A stretch of 60,915 bases of DNA from Candidatus Thorarchaeota archaeon SMTZ1-45 (lineage in GTDB: Archaea; Asgardarchaeota; Thorarchaeia; Thorarchaeales; Thorarchaeaceae), in the NCBI GenBank assembly GCA_001563335.1, contig LRSL01000007.1, positions 1-60,915 of the forward strand, given 5' to 3'. Each line of letters begins with the position of its first letter. Position 1 is the stretch's first letter. The translations under genes were made by a program, and so were the position numbers. The notes under the pieces are model-generated. The model saw only the letters and a list, made by a program, of their open reading frames with translations. It was not told the origin of the DNA and ran no database searches. This document shows positions 19,168 to 29,595 of this stretch, piece after piece.

Positions 19168-21768
19168 CTAAGACTCACGTCGTTTGATTTTATCCTGGAT
19201 TTCCCTCAACTCATTGAGCGCATCAAGTGGGGTAGTCCTATCAAGATCCATGTGTTTAATCCTCTCAACGATGGGATCGTCAATGACCAGTGCTTCAAGG
19301 CTTGCTTGTTGCGTATCTTCGAAACCCGGTTCAGTTATATCTACTGCTGTGATGTTCTCCTTCTCAAGTCTTACTAGCAACTCCTTTGCACGCTTGACTA
19401 CTGGGTCTGGCACACCTGCAAGAGATGCTACGTGAACACCATAGCTCCTGTCTGTTCCACCATCAACTATCTTGTGAAGGAAGACAATGGTAGCGCCTGT
19501 TTCTTTGGCAAGTGTGTGGACATTCTTGACACCATGATATTGCTTGGCCATGTCAGTGAGCTGGTGAAAGTGAGTGGCAAAGAGTGTACGCGTCTTCATC
19601 TGGACAATGCGCTCAGCTACAGCCCATGCCAGTGCCATTCCATCAAATGTCGATGTCCCTCTCCCAATCTCATCGAGAATGACTAAACTCTTCTCGGTGG
19701 CATTGTTCAGGATGTTAGCAGTTTCCACCATCTCGACCATGAATGTGCTCTGTCTTGCTGTCAAATCGTCAAAGGCTCCAACCCTTGTGAATATTCTATC
19801 CACTAGACCTATCTCTGCGCTCTTGGCTGGTACGAAGGCGCCCATCTGAGCGAGTAAAACTATGATTGCGCACTGACGCATGTAGGTACTCTTTCCAGCC
19901 ATATTAGGTCCCGTGACAATCATCAGAGTTGTTCCACCATCACCTATCTCGATTCCATTTGGAACGAACTCATTGGGTCCAAGCATGACCTCAAGTGCTG
20001 CATGTCTTCCCTCTACGATTTTAATACGAGTTCCTTCAGTCACCTTTGGGCGAGAATACCGTTTTGTGACTGCGACATTCGCCAGCGAGACAAGAACATC
20101 CGCAACTGCAATAGACTCTGAGTCCATACGAAGGGTCGTAGTAGTTTCTCTCACCTCATCTCGTAATTTCTCATAGATTTCGAATTCAACCTTATTGATT
20201 TGTTCCTCGCCTGCAAGAACCGTGGATTCTTTTTCCTTCAACTCAGGGGTGATATACCTCTCCGCATTTGCAAGTGTCTGTTTTCTCTCGTATTCTGGAG
20301 GAACCATATTGAGATTAGCTTTTGTCACTTCAATATAATAGCCAAAGACTTTGTTGAAGCCTACCTTTAGTGTCTTGATCCCAGTTCTTCTTCGCTCTGA
20401 TGCTTGAAGTGATGCAATCCACTTCTTGTCAAACGCGATAGTATCTTTCAACTCATCAAGTTCCCTACTGAACCCTTTGAGTATCATTCCTCCATCACGC
20501 ACCGAAACTGGGGGGTCGTCAACAATAGCATCTCTGAGCGTTTTGTGAAGCTCAGACAAAGGATCGATAGAATCAGCAGAAGTCTTCAAAATCGCACTTT
20601 CACAATCTGCTAGTGATTTCTTAATCCTAGGAAGTTTTGCCAATGCATTTCTCAAGGCTAAAAGATCTCTAGCATTCGCAGAACCAAATACAATTCTGCT
20701 TGTTATTCTCTCAAGGTCTCCAAGGTCTCTCAGACTATCTGAAACTTCCTTTCTATTGAGGGCATCCCGTGCCAACTCTTCAACTGCGTCCTGTCTTGAT
20801 TCAATCTCTGCAATGTTTCTAAGTGGTCTTAACATCCATTGCTTCAACTTGCGCTTTCCCATTGGTGTAACGGTCTTTGATAATACTGAGAGGAGGGTTC
20901 CTCGAGTACTTCCATCTCTTGCGTTCTTTACAAGTTCCAGATTTCGTTGCGTTGTTGCGTCAACAATCATATGTATGTCCACATTGTATGTGCGGATACC
21001 TGATACTGTAACAACACCAGTCTTATGAACCTCGTTCAAATATGCAAGAACCGCACCTGCAGCTCCAAGTGCTACATGTTTCTCACTCAATCCATACCCA
21101 TCAAGCGTTGCAACCCCAAATTGCTCTTTGATGCGTTCTTCCGCAGTTCTTGCTGAATAATCCGTGTCGTTCCTGAAAGTGATTCTAATATCCATTTCTT
21201 CAAGTTTCTTTTTCAGCTTAGATTTTGAAGACGAATCTGGCAAGAGCACCTCTGAAGGTGTGAATTTGCCAATCTCATTCAAAGTGGTTTCACTGTCTAG
21301 ATTCGACTTGAACTCAGTCGCAAGATACTCTCCAGTTGACACATCAACAGCTGAAATCCCAACCATATCTTCATGCTGGACCAAGGCGACGAGGTAGTTA
21401 TTGGTAGTGTCGTCAAGCATAGTACTCTCAAGGACTGTGCCTGGAGTAATCACGCGGACCACATCCCGTTTGACCAAGCCTTTGGCTTGAGACGCCTCCT
21501 CCAGCTGTCTAGCAATCGCTACAGTATGGCCTGCTTGGAGTAGCTTAGCTATGTAACTATCCACTGAGTGATTTGGAACCCCACACATTGGCCACTTGTC
21601 TACACCTTCTCCCCTCGCAGTCAATACTATATCGAGGATTTTACTAGCAATCTTTGCATCCTCGTTGAACATCTCATGAAAGTCACCAAGTTGATACATC
21701 AATATACAATCGGGATATTGTCTCTTCAGCTGAAGGTATTGCCTTTGCATCGGGGTTTGTTTACTCAC
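19168..21768 (-). CDS. mutS: DNA mismatch repair protein MutS (MutS1)
   Basis: TPMQRQY, QLGDFHEMF, RVITPGT, TGPNMAGKSTYMRQ, STFMVEM, ILDEIGRGTST, SYGVHVA. Confidence 0.98.
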   Translation of the reverse strand: MSKQTPMQRQYLQLKRQYPDCILMYQLGDFHEMFNEDAKIASKILDIVLTARGEGVDKWPMCGVPNHSVDSYIAKLLQAGHTVAIARQLEEASQAKGLVKRDVVRVITPGTVLESTMLDDTTNNYLVALVQHEDMVGISAVDVSTGEYLATEFKSNLDSETTLNEIGKFTPSEVLLPDSSSKSKLKKKLEEMDIRITFRNDTDYSARTAEERIKEQFGVATLDGYGLSEKHVALGAAGAVLAYLNEVHKTGVVTVSGIRTYNVDIHMIVDATTQRNLELVKNARDGSTRGTLLSVLSKTVTPMGKRKLKQWMLRPLRNIAEIESRQDAVEELARDALNRKEVSDSLRDLGDLERITSRIVFGSANARDLLALRNALAKLPRIKKSLADCESAILKTSADSIDPLSELHKTLRDAIVDDPPVSVRDGGMILKGFSRELDELKDTIAFDKKWIASLQASERRRTGIKTLKVGFNKVFGYYIEVTKANLNMVPPEYERKQTLANAERYITPELKEKESTVLAGEEQINKVEFEIYEKLRDEVRETTTTLRMDSESIAVADVLVSLANVAVTKRYSRPKVTEGTRIKIVEGRHAALEVMLGPNEFVPNGIEIGDGGTTLMIVTGPNMAGKSTYMRQCAIIVLLAQMGAFVPAKSAEIGLVDRIFTRVGAFDDLTARQSTFMVEMVETANILNNATEKSLVILDEIGRGTSTFDGMALAWAVAERIVQMKTRTLFATHFHQLTDMAKQYHGVKNVHTLAKETGATIVFLHKIVDGGTDRSYGVHVASLAGVPDPVVKRAKELLVRLEKENITAVDITEPGFEDTQQASLEALVIDDPIVERIKHMDLDRTTPLDALNELREIQDKIKRRES

Positions 21769-22004
21769 TCTTACTCCCTGCTTATCATCTGAGCAACTGA
21801 GTCTCTAATAATCGCATCGGCAAAACAGTTTTTGTCATAGTTTCATAAATCGAATAAATAGTGTTTCGAATTAAACAAATATTCTTTCAATTTGCAACTT
21901 CCAATCCATCTTTCTACTATATAAGTTACAATTCATAATCGGATGATATTTCAAGGTTAAAAGTATCTGTTATCTGTCCATTAAGTCCGAAGAACATCAA
22001 TTGG

Positions 22005-22640
22005 GTGCGATATTTGAGAACACGAATACTAGGATTATCTGGAAGTCCAAGGACCAGCAGTAATACAGCGATACTTGTTGAAACAGCACTCGAAGCAGCA
22101 GAGAGAGAGGGTGCCAAGGTTGAATTCATTGATCTCTCAGCTCTAAAGATTTTAGCTTGCGAACACTGTTGTGAGTGTTCTAAAACTGGGAAATGCAAGC
22201 TTGACGATGATTTGAACAAAGTTGCTGACACAATGAAGGCTGCAGATGGAATCATTATGGGGTCACCTGACCACTTTGCCTCTGTTGCCACACCACTGAA
22301 GAACCTCATGGATCGTACAGGTAGATTTCTTCATTTAGAGGGGAAGGTTGCTGCTGGTATTGTTGTTGGTCGACGATCTGGCCTAGACCTCGCTTTATCT
22401 CATCTTCTGTTCTTCCTATTGGTTAAGGAGATGATTGTCCCTGGCGCAATCTATTGGCCAATTGGGTTTGCATTGAATGCTGGTGACATCAGAGGAGATA
22501 CAGAGGCAATGGCGATGGCTACTCAACTTGGAGAACGGGTCACTATTCTGGCAGCAGCAATTATTCGAAACCCTATGCCTTGGGCACATGAACCTCGTCC
22601 TCTTGGTCAAAAGGTTCGTTTTGGTGATGAGTGGAAGTAA
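22005..22640 (+). CDS. iron-sulfur flavoprotein (Isf) / multimeric flavodoxin family
   Basis: GSPRTSSNT FMN loop, CEHCCECSKTGKC 4Fe-4S motif, KNLMDR. Confidence 0.9.
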   Translation: MRYLRTRILGLSGSPRTSSNTAILVETALEAAEREGAKVEFIDLSALKILACEHCCECSKTGKCKLDDDLNKVADTMKAADGIIMGSPDHFASVATPLKNLMDRTGRFLHLEGKVAAGIVVGRRSGLDLALSHLLFFLLVKEMIVPGAIYWPIGFALNAGDIRGDTEAMAMATQLGERVTILAAAIIRNPMPWAHEPRPLGQKVRFGDEWK

Positions 22641-22645
22641 CCCTC

Positions 22646-23035
22646 CTATGGTGGTGTTGTCGTTGCTTCGTATTTGCTCGGACATGAGGTTAGAATCTCA
22701 GTTGCATGTATAAGATATGCAGACTGTAGTGTGCCAATAGCTACAATATCTTGTCCATCTATCAGATTCGGTGTTTCTCCAAGTATCAAAACAGTAATTG
22801 TGTGGTTGTCACCTTCCATTACTAGGGTCACATTATCAATGGTCATTGTAAGAGATCCTGCCAAATATGCACCTTTGACCTGAATAGTCCTACCCATGTA
22901 TGGATTAGGATTTTCAACGACTTCATCCACACTAAGATATGGGTTACCAAATATGTCCAACATAGCAAATGCTACAAATCCAATTGTCGCTACTAAGATG
23001 ACTGCAATAGCTGCCATTTGTGTCTTCTTTTTCAT
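22646..23035 (-). CDS. ccmE: cytochrome c maturation heme chaperone CcmE, CxxxY type
   Basis: N-terminal TM, OB-fold region, C-terminal ATEILTSCPSKYE; ccm operon context. Confidence 0.92.
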   Translation of the reverse strand: MKKKTQMAAIAVILVATIGFVAFAMLDIFGNPYLSVDEVVENPNPYMGRTIQVKGAYLAGSLTMTIDNVTLVMEGDNHTITVLILGETPNLIDGQDIVAIGTLQSAYLIHATEILTSCPSKYEATTTPP

Positions 23036-23037
23036 CC

Positions 23038-23178
23038 CTATTGGTCTCCCTCAATCTGTCCCTCTACAATCTTGAGCTGCTTCTCAATTCCCATCATTCT
23101 CAATAGCAGATATACTAGGAATGCGAATATTCCACCCCAGAAGATAACGGCAACGATAAATAATTCAACTTGCTGCAT
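23038..23178 (-). CDS. ccmD: CcmD-like small membrane protein (46 aa)
   Basis: Manual translation MQQVELFIVAVIFWGGIFAFLVYLLLRMMGIEKQLKIVEGQIEGDQ; single TM plus charged tail, located between ccmC and ccmE; below the ORF-track cutoff. Confidence 0.8.
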   Translation of the reverse strand: MQQVELFIVAVIFWGGIFAFLVYLLLRMMGIEKQLKIVEGQIEGDQ

Positions 23179-23182
23179 TTCT

Positions 23183-23851
23183 CTAACTCCACGACATTCT
23201 AATTCTCATCAACTTCTCTTGCACTGAATCAACTTTGTATGTTAGGTCTATCAGGATTAAGGCTATCATGGTGACTGCAATCATAGAAACTATTAGTGTC
23301 ATTCCATGCTCTATCTCCATCTGTAGACCAGTCGGTTCAATAACAATTGGGTGTAATGTTTCCCAGATTCGAATCGAAAGGTAGCTTAATATCACCATCG
23401 GGAATGCTACTATTCCAAAGATTGATCCGAACTGTGCTCTTGACTCACGGTCACTGACTGATGCTCTGTATGCCAAAATGCACGCATATGCAACCCATAA
23501 AATGAGCGTTGTTGTTTCACGAGGATCCCAGTTCCAGGGAGTTCCCCAAGCTGCATCCGCCCACATCATTCCAGTGAGAAGTGTGATAGTTGTGAATAGA
23601 AGACCTAGCTTCAATGATGCTGCACCGAGGATATCATATTTCAAATCTCCTTTCCACAAGTACATCACTCCACAAATCAATGTGCCTCCAAAGGCTCCAT
23701 AGGCTACAAGTGCTGGGGCAACATGTTGGAAGAAAATTCGAATATATTCCAAAAGTTCTGCCTCAGGTGGGGCGAAAATCCATGTCATATAGACATAAAG
23801 AAAGGAAATCGCTGCTGTGATTCCGAGGAAGATCAGTCGGTTTCTACTCAC
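23183..23851 (-). CDS. ccmC: cytochrome c maturation protein CcmC
   Basis: IFFQHV, WWD domain TGMMWADAAWGTPWNWDPRET, TLHP. Confidence 0.95.
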   Translation of the reverse strand: MSRNRLIFLGITAAISFLYVYMTWIFAPPEAELLEYIRIFFQHVAPALVAYGAFGGTLICGVMYLWKGDLKYDILGAASLKLGLLFTTITLLTGMMWADAAWGTPWNWDPRETTTLILWVAYACILAYRASVSDRESRAQFGSIFGIVAFPMVILSYLSIRIWETLHPIVIEPTGLQMEIEHGMTLIVSMIAVTMIALILIDLTYKVDSVQEKLMRIRMSWS

Positions 23852-23920
23852 TGCTATTCAACTCGAATTGTCGGCGCATTTTACAGTTTGCAATATGAAG
23901 GTTTTGTTAACTACTAAGAT

Positions 23921-24601
23921 TCATGGTGAAAGTGCAAAATGGAAGACTGAGGCTGAAAGTGTCAACATTGCTATCATATGCGCAAGAAGAATTTCAAAAA
24001 TTAACAAGACAGGTATTAGACCCGGACCCAAGACAATGATTTTAGTAATCTCAATCAGAAGCATCAAACCCGAGGTTGCAGTGGGAAAGTATACAAGTGG
24101 AAACACAGTAGCTTTTGATTCTGATGGCATGGTAAGTGCTGAAGCCATGGACCCGACAGCTGCTAAATCTAGAGTTCCAACAAGAAACGTAGTAATTGCA
24201 AGAGGAATGTCATTAAGAAGTGAGAACCCAAATAGAACAGTTACAATCGGGATCAAGAATATCTCAACTACTCCCATTAAAAGAAATCCATAGATTACCT
24301 TTCCCAAATACACTGACCATGCTGGTATTGGTGCTGTAGCTAAACCTCGCAGAGTACCTGTTTCAGATTCAGATAGAAAGATTGGTGCAAATCCAAACAT
24401 TCCTGTAAAGAATATGATCACCCAAAGCAAGGCACTACCAATTTCTTCTGAAACTGAACCTCCAGTGACAACTGCAAAAGAAAATGCGAGCACCGCAATA
24501 AGCGCGAAAAGGAACATCGAGAATATTTCAAACTTCTTACGAAATTGAGAAAGAATATCTTTCTTCGCGATTGCTAATGCTGCACCAAGTCCAGATGTCA
24601 T
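23921..24601 (-). CDS. ccmB: heme exporter permease CcmB
   Basis: 6 TM, ESETGTLRGL...YLGK motif, follows ccmA. Confidence 0.9.
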   Translation of the reverse strand: MTSGLGAALAIAKKDILSQFRKKFEIFSMFLFALIAVLAFSFAVVTGGSVSEEIGSALLWVIIFFTGMFGFAPIFLSESETGTLRGLATAPIPAWSVYLGKVIYGFLLMGVVEIFLIPIVTVLFGFSLLNDIPLAITTFLVGTLDLAAVGSMASALTMPSESKATVFPLVYFPTATSGLMLLIEITKIIVLGPGLIPVLLIFEILLAHMIAMLTLSASVFHFALSP

Positions 24602-24610
24602 TTCCCCACC

Positions 24611-25300
24611 TCAGAGAGTTTGATCAAAATCAGAAATAGGACCTTGACTTATCACAATGCCCTTCCTTAACGTCACGTATTCATCACACAATGCTGCACC
24701 AAGAGCTAGATTGTGTGTAGTTATGATTGTGGTGCGCAAGTTTCTACACCCATTCAGATATTCCCAAAAATCCTCGGTCGTGTCTTTATCCAACCCACTG
24801 AATGGCTCGTCTAAGAGTAATAATTGTGGGTCGTGAATAAGACTTCGAACAATATCGAGCCTCTTCTTTAGTCCTGTCGACAGATTCTTCACAGGTTCTT
24901 CAAGCCATGATTTAATGCCAAACCATTGAGCCAAGTTTTCAACCTGAGATACAAAGAAAGTTGATGATAGACCAAAGAGTTTCGAATAGAACTTGAGATT
25001 CTCAACACCTGTTAGTTCTTCATACAGAAGTGGTTTATCTCCAACCAACCCAATGCGCTTCTTCACTTCTTCTGGCTCTTCCTGTGGGTCAAATCCCATA
25101 ACAGAGATAGATCCACCATGCGGTCGAAGTAGTGTGGAAATAACTCTCATGAGTGTTGTTTTCCCTGCTCCATTAGAGCCAAAAAGTCCATGAATTCCTT
25201 TCTCAGAAAATCCAAGTGTGACCTCTCGTAGAGCGACTCTGTAACCATATCTTCTTGTGAGGTTCTCTGCGATAATGGCCATATTTGACATCTGGATCAT
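24611..25300 (-). CDS. ccmA: heme exporter ABC ATPase CcmA
   Basis: GSNGAGKTT, LSTG signature, LLLDEPF; operon with ccmBCDE. Confidence 0.9.
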   Translation of the reverse strand: MIQMSNMAIIAENLTRRYGYRVALREVTLGFSEKGIHGLFGSNGAGKTTLMRVISTLLRPHGGSISVMGFDPQEEPEEVKKRIGLVGDKPLLYEELTGVENLKFYSKLFGLSSTFFVSQVENLAQWFGIKSWLEEPVKNLSTGLKKRLDIVRSLIHDPQLLLLDEPFSGLDKDTTEDFWEYLNGCRNLRTTIITTHNLALGAALCDEYVTLRKGIVISQGPISDFDQTL

Positions 25301-25371
25301 CCTATGGTTGTCTGAGTCCCATCGATTTTCTTTTTAGTCTGTCTGCTTGTTTCAAGTTGGACTTATTCAAC

Positions 25372-27102
25372 CTAGTGAAAGATTTTTCTTCCGAATCTAA
25401 GGAAAGGAGTTCCAATTGATAGAATCACAGAGATGGGTATAAGATTCACAAATTCCTGCACAACAAATCCTATCAAAACTCCCACAATGAACCAAACTAG
25501 GAAGCTTGTAAGATTATTCACAACTATCCAAGGTACATATGCTGTGAGAACGCTGGGTATTAACCACCATGCAAACATGATGGCTATTGGTACAATAAAT
25601 CCTGCAGCAAGCATAATGAGAATACCAATCCGTGTGCTAAGGTAGAGAGGTCCTGGAAAGACCTTGTGCGAATTAAGATACCCTTTTGAATCCGTCTTTT
25701 GTTTCAGGTTTGCCATCTTGGTATAGTCTTCCTTTCCATAGAATTTGCTTGAATGAGCAACATTCCACATTCCAATAGAGTATGCCCTTCCACCATTCTT
25801 CACGCCTATGTTGATCACATCCAGAGACCGATACCAACCAAATAGGAACGGAATTCTCCTGCGTTCATCATCTAGGAACCATGTCAGGACTGCAACCTCA
25901 TCTTGGTTGTTGACTGCTCCTTCAATTGCCATCCGTTCACCCTTAAAGTGTCGATTACAGTGGTCAATGAAATCATCCATTCTGTTAAGAGGGACATAGA
26001 CTTCTGAAGGAGCAAGACTCGGACCAAGTCGTTTGATTCTCATTGGGTAAAACCGTTCATCCCATTCGTGGTGAGCAATCTCTTCAGACTCTAGGGTTGC
26101 ATGATACATCTTCATTGCATTAATGATTCTCATCGCTTCATCTTCAGTCTGTTCTTCTGAGCCTTCAAATGCGCAAAGGACCAACCACTCATTCTGAGTG
26201 GAAGGCGCATGATCTACCTCCGTCAACATTCCATAGAACTCACTCGTTATGAAATGAAGATAGTATGGCTTAGACAACCGAAGAATTTCCTGCATTGCTC
26301 CAAAGGTCTGTTCCTGATTTGGGAATGAAAATAGAAGTGGTTTAATAGTCCGTAGTGGAATGACTTTCAATACAACTTTAGAAATTATACCTAAAGCCCC
26401 GTTACTGTCTACAAATAGCGAAGTCATATTCCCGTCAGTTTCATTGTAAACATCAGCTGCATACTGTAATTTCTCGTCACCTTTGAAAAATGGTTCTTGT
26501 GTTTCATCTTCAAAAAAGTCAGAAGGTGTATTCTCCGTCCTTATTATTTGTCCATCTGGTAAAACAACCTCAAGATCCACAACTTGTTCTCTTATTCCAC
26601 CATATTTCGTACTACCGATACCTGAACCTCCAGCTGCAACCCATCCCCCGACTGTACTCGATGGAGCTGATGAAGGATATGCAGCTAGTGTGAGGTCTTC
26701 TTCTTCAAGATCTTCGAGAAGTTTTCCCCAGATGATTCCTGCTCCTACTTCTACAGTCATTGCACCTTTGTTGATATGGAAAATCTGGTTAATCCTTGTC
26801 ATCTCAATGACGAGCCCACCCTTTGTGGGGAGAGCTCCACCATATCCAGAGGTTCCATGACCGCGAGGTATAACTGGTATATTTTCTTTCTTACAGAATT
26901 TCAAGAGGTTGGACAAAATCTCTGATGTAGTAGGTTGCGCTATTGCTTCCGCTTGGGTATTCATGACATCATTGACAATTCCTGGTAGTGCCGCAATATC
27001 ATGCGAATATAGATGAGTCATATATCCTTCTGCAGAGAAAAAATCCTCACCTACGATATCTGCCAATTGTTGGAAGTGTTTCTTATCTATCATTTTCGTC
27101 AC
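25372..27102 (-). CDS. FAD-binding oxidoreductase (VAO/GlcD-like) with C-terminal membrane hairpin, paralog A
   Basis: PRGHGTSGYGG, YPSSAPSSTVGG, GALGIISKV, two C-terminal TM helices. Confidence 0.88.
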   Translation of the reverse strand: MTKMIDKKHFQQLADIVGEDFFSAEGYMTHLYSHDIAALPGIVNDVMNTQAEAIAQPTTSEILSNLLKFCKKENIPVIPRGHGTSGYGGALPTKGGLVIEMTRINQIFHINKGAMTVEVGAGIIWGKLLEDLEEEDLTLAAYPSSAPSSTVGGWVAAGGSGIGSTKYGGIREQVVDLEVVLPDGQIIRTENTPSDFFEDETQEPFFKGDEKLQYAADVYNETDGNMTSLFVDSNGALGIISKVVLKVIPLRTIKPLLFSFPNQEQTFGAMQEILRLSKPYYLHFITSEFYGMLTEVDHAPSTQNEWLVLCAFEGSEEQTEDEAMRIINAMKMYHATLESEEIAHHEWDERFYPMRIKRLGPSLAPSEVYVPLNRMDDFIDHCNRHFKGERMAIEGAVNNQDEVAVLTWFLDDERRRIPFLFGWYRSLDVINIGVKNGGRAYSIGMWNVAHSSKFYGKEDYTKMANLKQKTDSKGYLNSHKVFPGPLYLSTRIGILIMLAAGFIVPIAIMFAWWLIPSVLTAYVPWIVVNNLTSFLVWFIVGVLIGFVVQEFVNLIPISVILSIGTPFLRFGRKIFH

Positions 27103-27105
27103 AAC

Positions 27106-28284
27106 CTATAGCCCTAGAGCTTCCACAACAATCTGCGACAAGTCCTTGAATTTCATTTTGGACTCCTTATGTTCTATTCCATCATTCAATGACATTGTAC
27201 ACGATGGACACTCACTCGCTAGAAACTCAGCACCAGTTTTCTCAGCCTCCTCGATACGTCGTCCAGAGATTCGCACCGACATCAGTGGATCAGTTCCTTT
27301 GAGTAGTCCGCCCCCTCCACAGCATCGTGCTTTGTTCCTGTTGTGTTTCAACTCTCGTACTTCTATTCCTGGGATTGCGTTCAATACCTCACGAGCTGGA
27401 TTATAGATGTCCTGATGACGTCCTAGTTCACAAGGATCATGCCATGCAACAACATGAGGATAGTTTTTGGTGAATTTTATCTTTCCTTCATTAAGAAGTC
27501 GTAGAACAAACTCTGAGAACGGAAGAAATTCCAATCCTTCTGTAGATTCCTTGCCAATTAGGTGAGGATATTCATGCGCAAAAGCTCTATGGCAACCAGG
27601 ACAATTGAAGATGACTGTTTTAACTCCGAGTTCTTTTAACTTGATGATGTTATGTCTAGCGAGTTCTTTAGCCTTCTCAAATCCTCCAGCAACGAAGTAT
27701 GGATTTCCACAACATTGTTCTTCTTCACCTAGTATCGTGAAATCAACTCCTGCTGCATTCATGACTTTGATTGTGTTTTCACCCATATGTGCAAGTGTCC
27801 CCTTGAACGAAATATTGCAGCCTGCAAAGTATGCCACCTCTGCTTCTATTCCTAATCGGTCTTCCACAAGATCATCAACCATGTCTGTCCAGAGTGTTCT
27901 ATCTGTCTGATCCATCTCCATGATATTCTGAGTTTCTTTCAGCGCTCCATCGATGTAGTTCACAATCTCTGGCCACTCATCAAGTTCACCAATCTCCTGA
28001 CGAGTGAGCTGCCAGAACCTCAAGAGAGGTATATTTGTCTGGCAAATCTCTTGACACGCTCCGCATAGTGTGCAATTGAAAATTCGAGCCGCAAAATCTG
28101 GTGGTATAGGTTGCTTCTTCTTGATGAGGTCTCTCAATTGATACAATTTGCCTCTGGGTGACTGAGAGTCCCATAGTGTATCAAGGTAAGCTGGACATAC
28201 GAATGTGCAAAAGCCACATCTTGCACATACAGTTGGCTCAATATCGAGCCCTTCAATTCTGAGGGGTTCGTAAGGCTTGGTCAT
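27106..28284 (-). CDS. Fe-S oxidoreductase, 2x[4Fe-4S] + two CCG domains (GlcF/HdrD-like), paralog A
   Basis: CARCGFCTFVCP, CTLCGACQEIC, QCCG..CPGC, HDPC..RCCG..CPSC. Confidence 0.92.
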   Translation of the reverse strand: MTKPYEPLRIEGLDIEPTVCARCGFCTFVCPAYLDTLWDSQSPRGKLYQLRDLIKKKQPIPPDFAARIFNCTLCGACQEICQTNIPLLRFWQLTRQEIGELDEWPEIVNYIDGALKETQNIMEMDQTDRTLWTDMVDDLVEDRLGIEAEVAYFAGCNISFKGTLAHMGENTIKVMNAAGVDFTILGEEEQCCGNPYFVAGGFEKAKELARHNIIKLKELGVKTVIFNCPGCHRAFAHEYPHLIGKESTEGLEFLPFSEFVLRLLNEGKIKFTKNYPHVVAWHDPCELGRHQDIYNPAREVLNAIPGIEVRELKHNRNKARCCGGGGLLKGTDPLMSVRISGRRIEEAEKTGAEFLASECPSCTMSLNDGIEHKESKMKFKDLSQIVVEALGL

Positions 28285-28299
28285 TATTGAATCTCCTCA

Positions 28300-28812
28300 C
28301 TATGGCCACGGTATGCCAATCCAATCAAGAATTGGTTGTAAAATTGATGTACCATATACAGCTATTCCACCTAATGCTCCCATAATCATCATCATTATGC
28401 CGCCAAAGATGACAAGAATTGCATAGGGTGCATATGTTGAAAGTTTAAACCAAACGCGGTCTCCCATTTTAGCTCGGATTATCATCAGATAGAGATAGAT
28501 TTCAACGCAAACAACGGACCATAGGATCTTGAAACGCATAATTGGCATCTGGACCAGAGCATCCACAGGATAATCTGGTTCCATGAAACCTGTCACCATT
28601 CCCGCTATCAATCCTAGAAAACCAATGATGCTTCCGATGTAAATGAAGACATCAAACTGATGGAATAACCTAGCAAGTTTTGTACCCGGAGTATTGATGT
28701 TGTCTCTGAATAAGATCCGAAGCAGAAGATTGACCAAAGCCACTGCTGCGGCTGCTGTTAGAATTCCAGTGTGAAAGTGTACGAAAACTGGATGTATTAC
28801 CATTCTTTTCAC
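28300..28812 (-). CDS. DUF2231-like 4-TM membrane protein (possible heme b binder)
   Basis: IHPVFVHFHTG N-terminal motif, GGIAVYG C-terminal motif. Confidence 0.65.
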   Translation of the reverse strand: MKRMVIHPVFVHFHTGILTAAAAVALVNLLLRILFRDNINTPGTKLARLFHQFDVFIYIGSIIGFLGLIAGMVTGFMEPDYPVDALVQMPIMRFKILWSVVCVEIYLYLMIIRAKMGDRVWFKLSTYAPYAILVIFGGIMMMIMGALGGIAVYGTSILQPILDWIGIPWP

Positions 28813-28820
28813 CTACTCCT

Positions 28821-29396
28821 TTAATCTCTCCTAAGTGCAAAGTATCCAAAGATCAACAGGATTACACCTGTGGCTAGTGGTACCAATACCATCATTGAAC
28901 CCCAAATCCCAATCAAGTCTGCTGGAGGGGGTGGAGTAGTTCCGGATTCTCCTGTGACTGTTACTGTGACATCAAAGGAGCGAGCAAGGTCTCCACCAGC
29001 GGCAGCCCAAATACGAATTGTGTATGTACCATTACTGATTGGTATGAACGTTATATCGACTGAAATTTCTCCATCGTTAGCATTAGTGTCATTAGTTGAA
29101 TCATCCTGAACTAAGGGTTCGGATATTGTGAAGTAATCGTTATCTGCCCATCCACCCTTAACTGCAATATATTCTGCACCATTTCCAGCATCAACCTGAA
29201 GTACAAATGGAACCCCGGTTTCTGCATCAACAGTAGAATTTGTTGTTAGGGTCAGTGTGGTCAATGTATCATGACATCCACTGTTACCACATTCACCTGT
29301 ATTGTCAGGAAATGCTACGACCGAACTTGCTGCAGCAATAACTAGAGTAAGGAAGCTCATGACCACTAATAGCTTCATGATATGGTTACGTTTCAT
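28821..29396 (-). CDS. secreted, C-terminally anchored protein with one CX4CH motif (putative monoheme cytochrome c)
   Basis: Signal peptide, ECGNSGCH, beta-rich domain, TTPPPP linker, TM helix + RR. Confidence 0.7.
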   Translation of the reverse strand: MKRNHIMKLLVVMSFLTLVIAAASSVVAFPDNTGECGNSGCHDTLTTLTLTTNSTVDAETGVPFVLQVDAGNGAEYIAVKGGWADNDYFTISEPLVQDDSTNDTNANDGEISVDITFIPISNGTYTIRIWAAAGGDLARSFDVTVTVTGESGTTPPPPADLIGIWGSMMVLVPLATGVILLIFGYFALRRD

Positions 29397-29409
29397 AGCT
29401 TTATCACCA

Positions 29410-29427
29410 ATTTTAGTTACATGTTAC
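29410..29427. promoter_or_regulatory. GTTACA half-site pair immediately upstream of the CX4CH gene
   Basis: ATTTTAGTTACA(TGTTAC); the same 12-mer occurs at 37918-37929. Confidence 0.35.
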
Positions 29428-29595
29428 ATCTAAATTACGATTGAACACCTTAGTCAAGTTTCGTTTCGGAACAAAAGTCTCGTATATATACACATTGGTT
29501 AACCACTTTTTTCTACGATACGATTCTTATTCTTGTAGGTTTCACACCAAAGTATGTAACACATGCAATGATTAGCTAATCTTTTACTTCTATCT

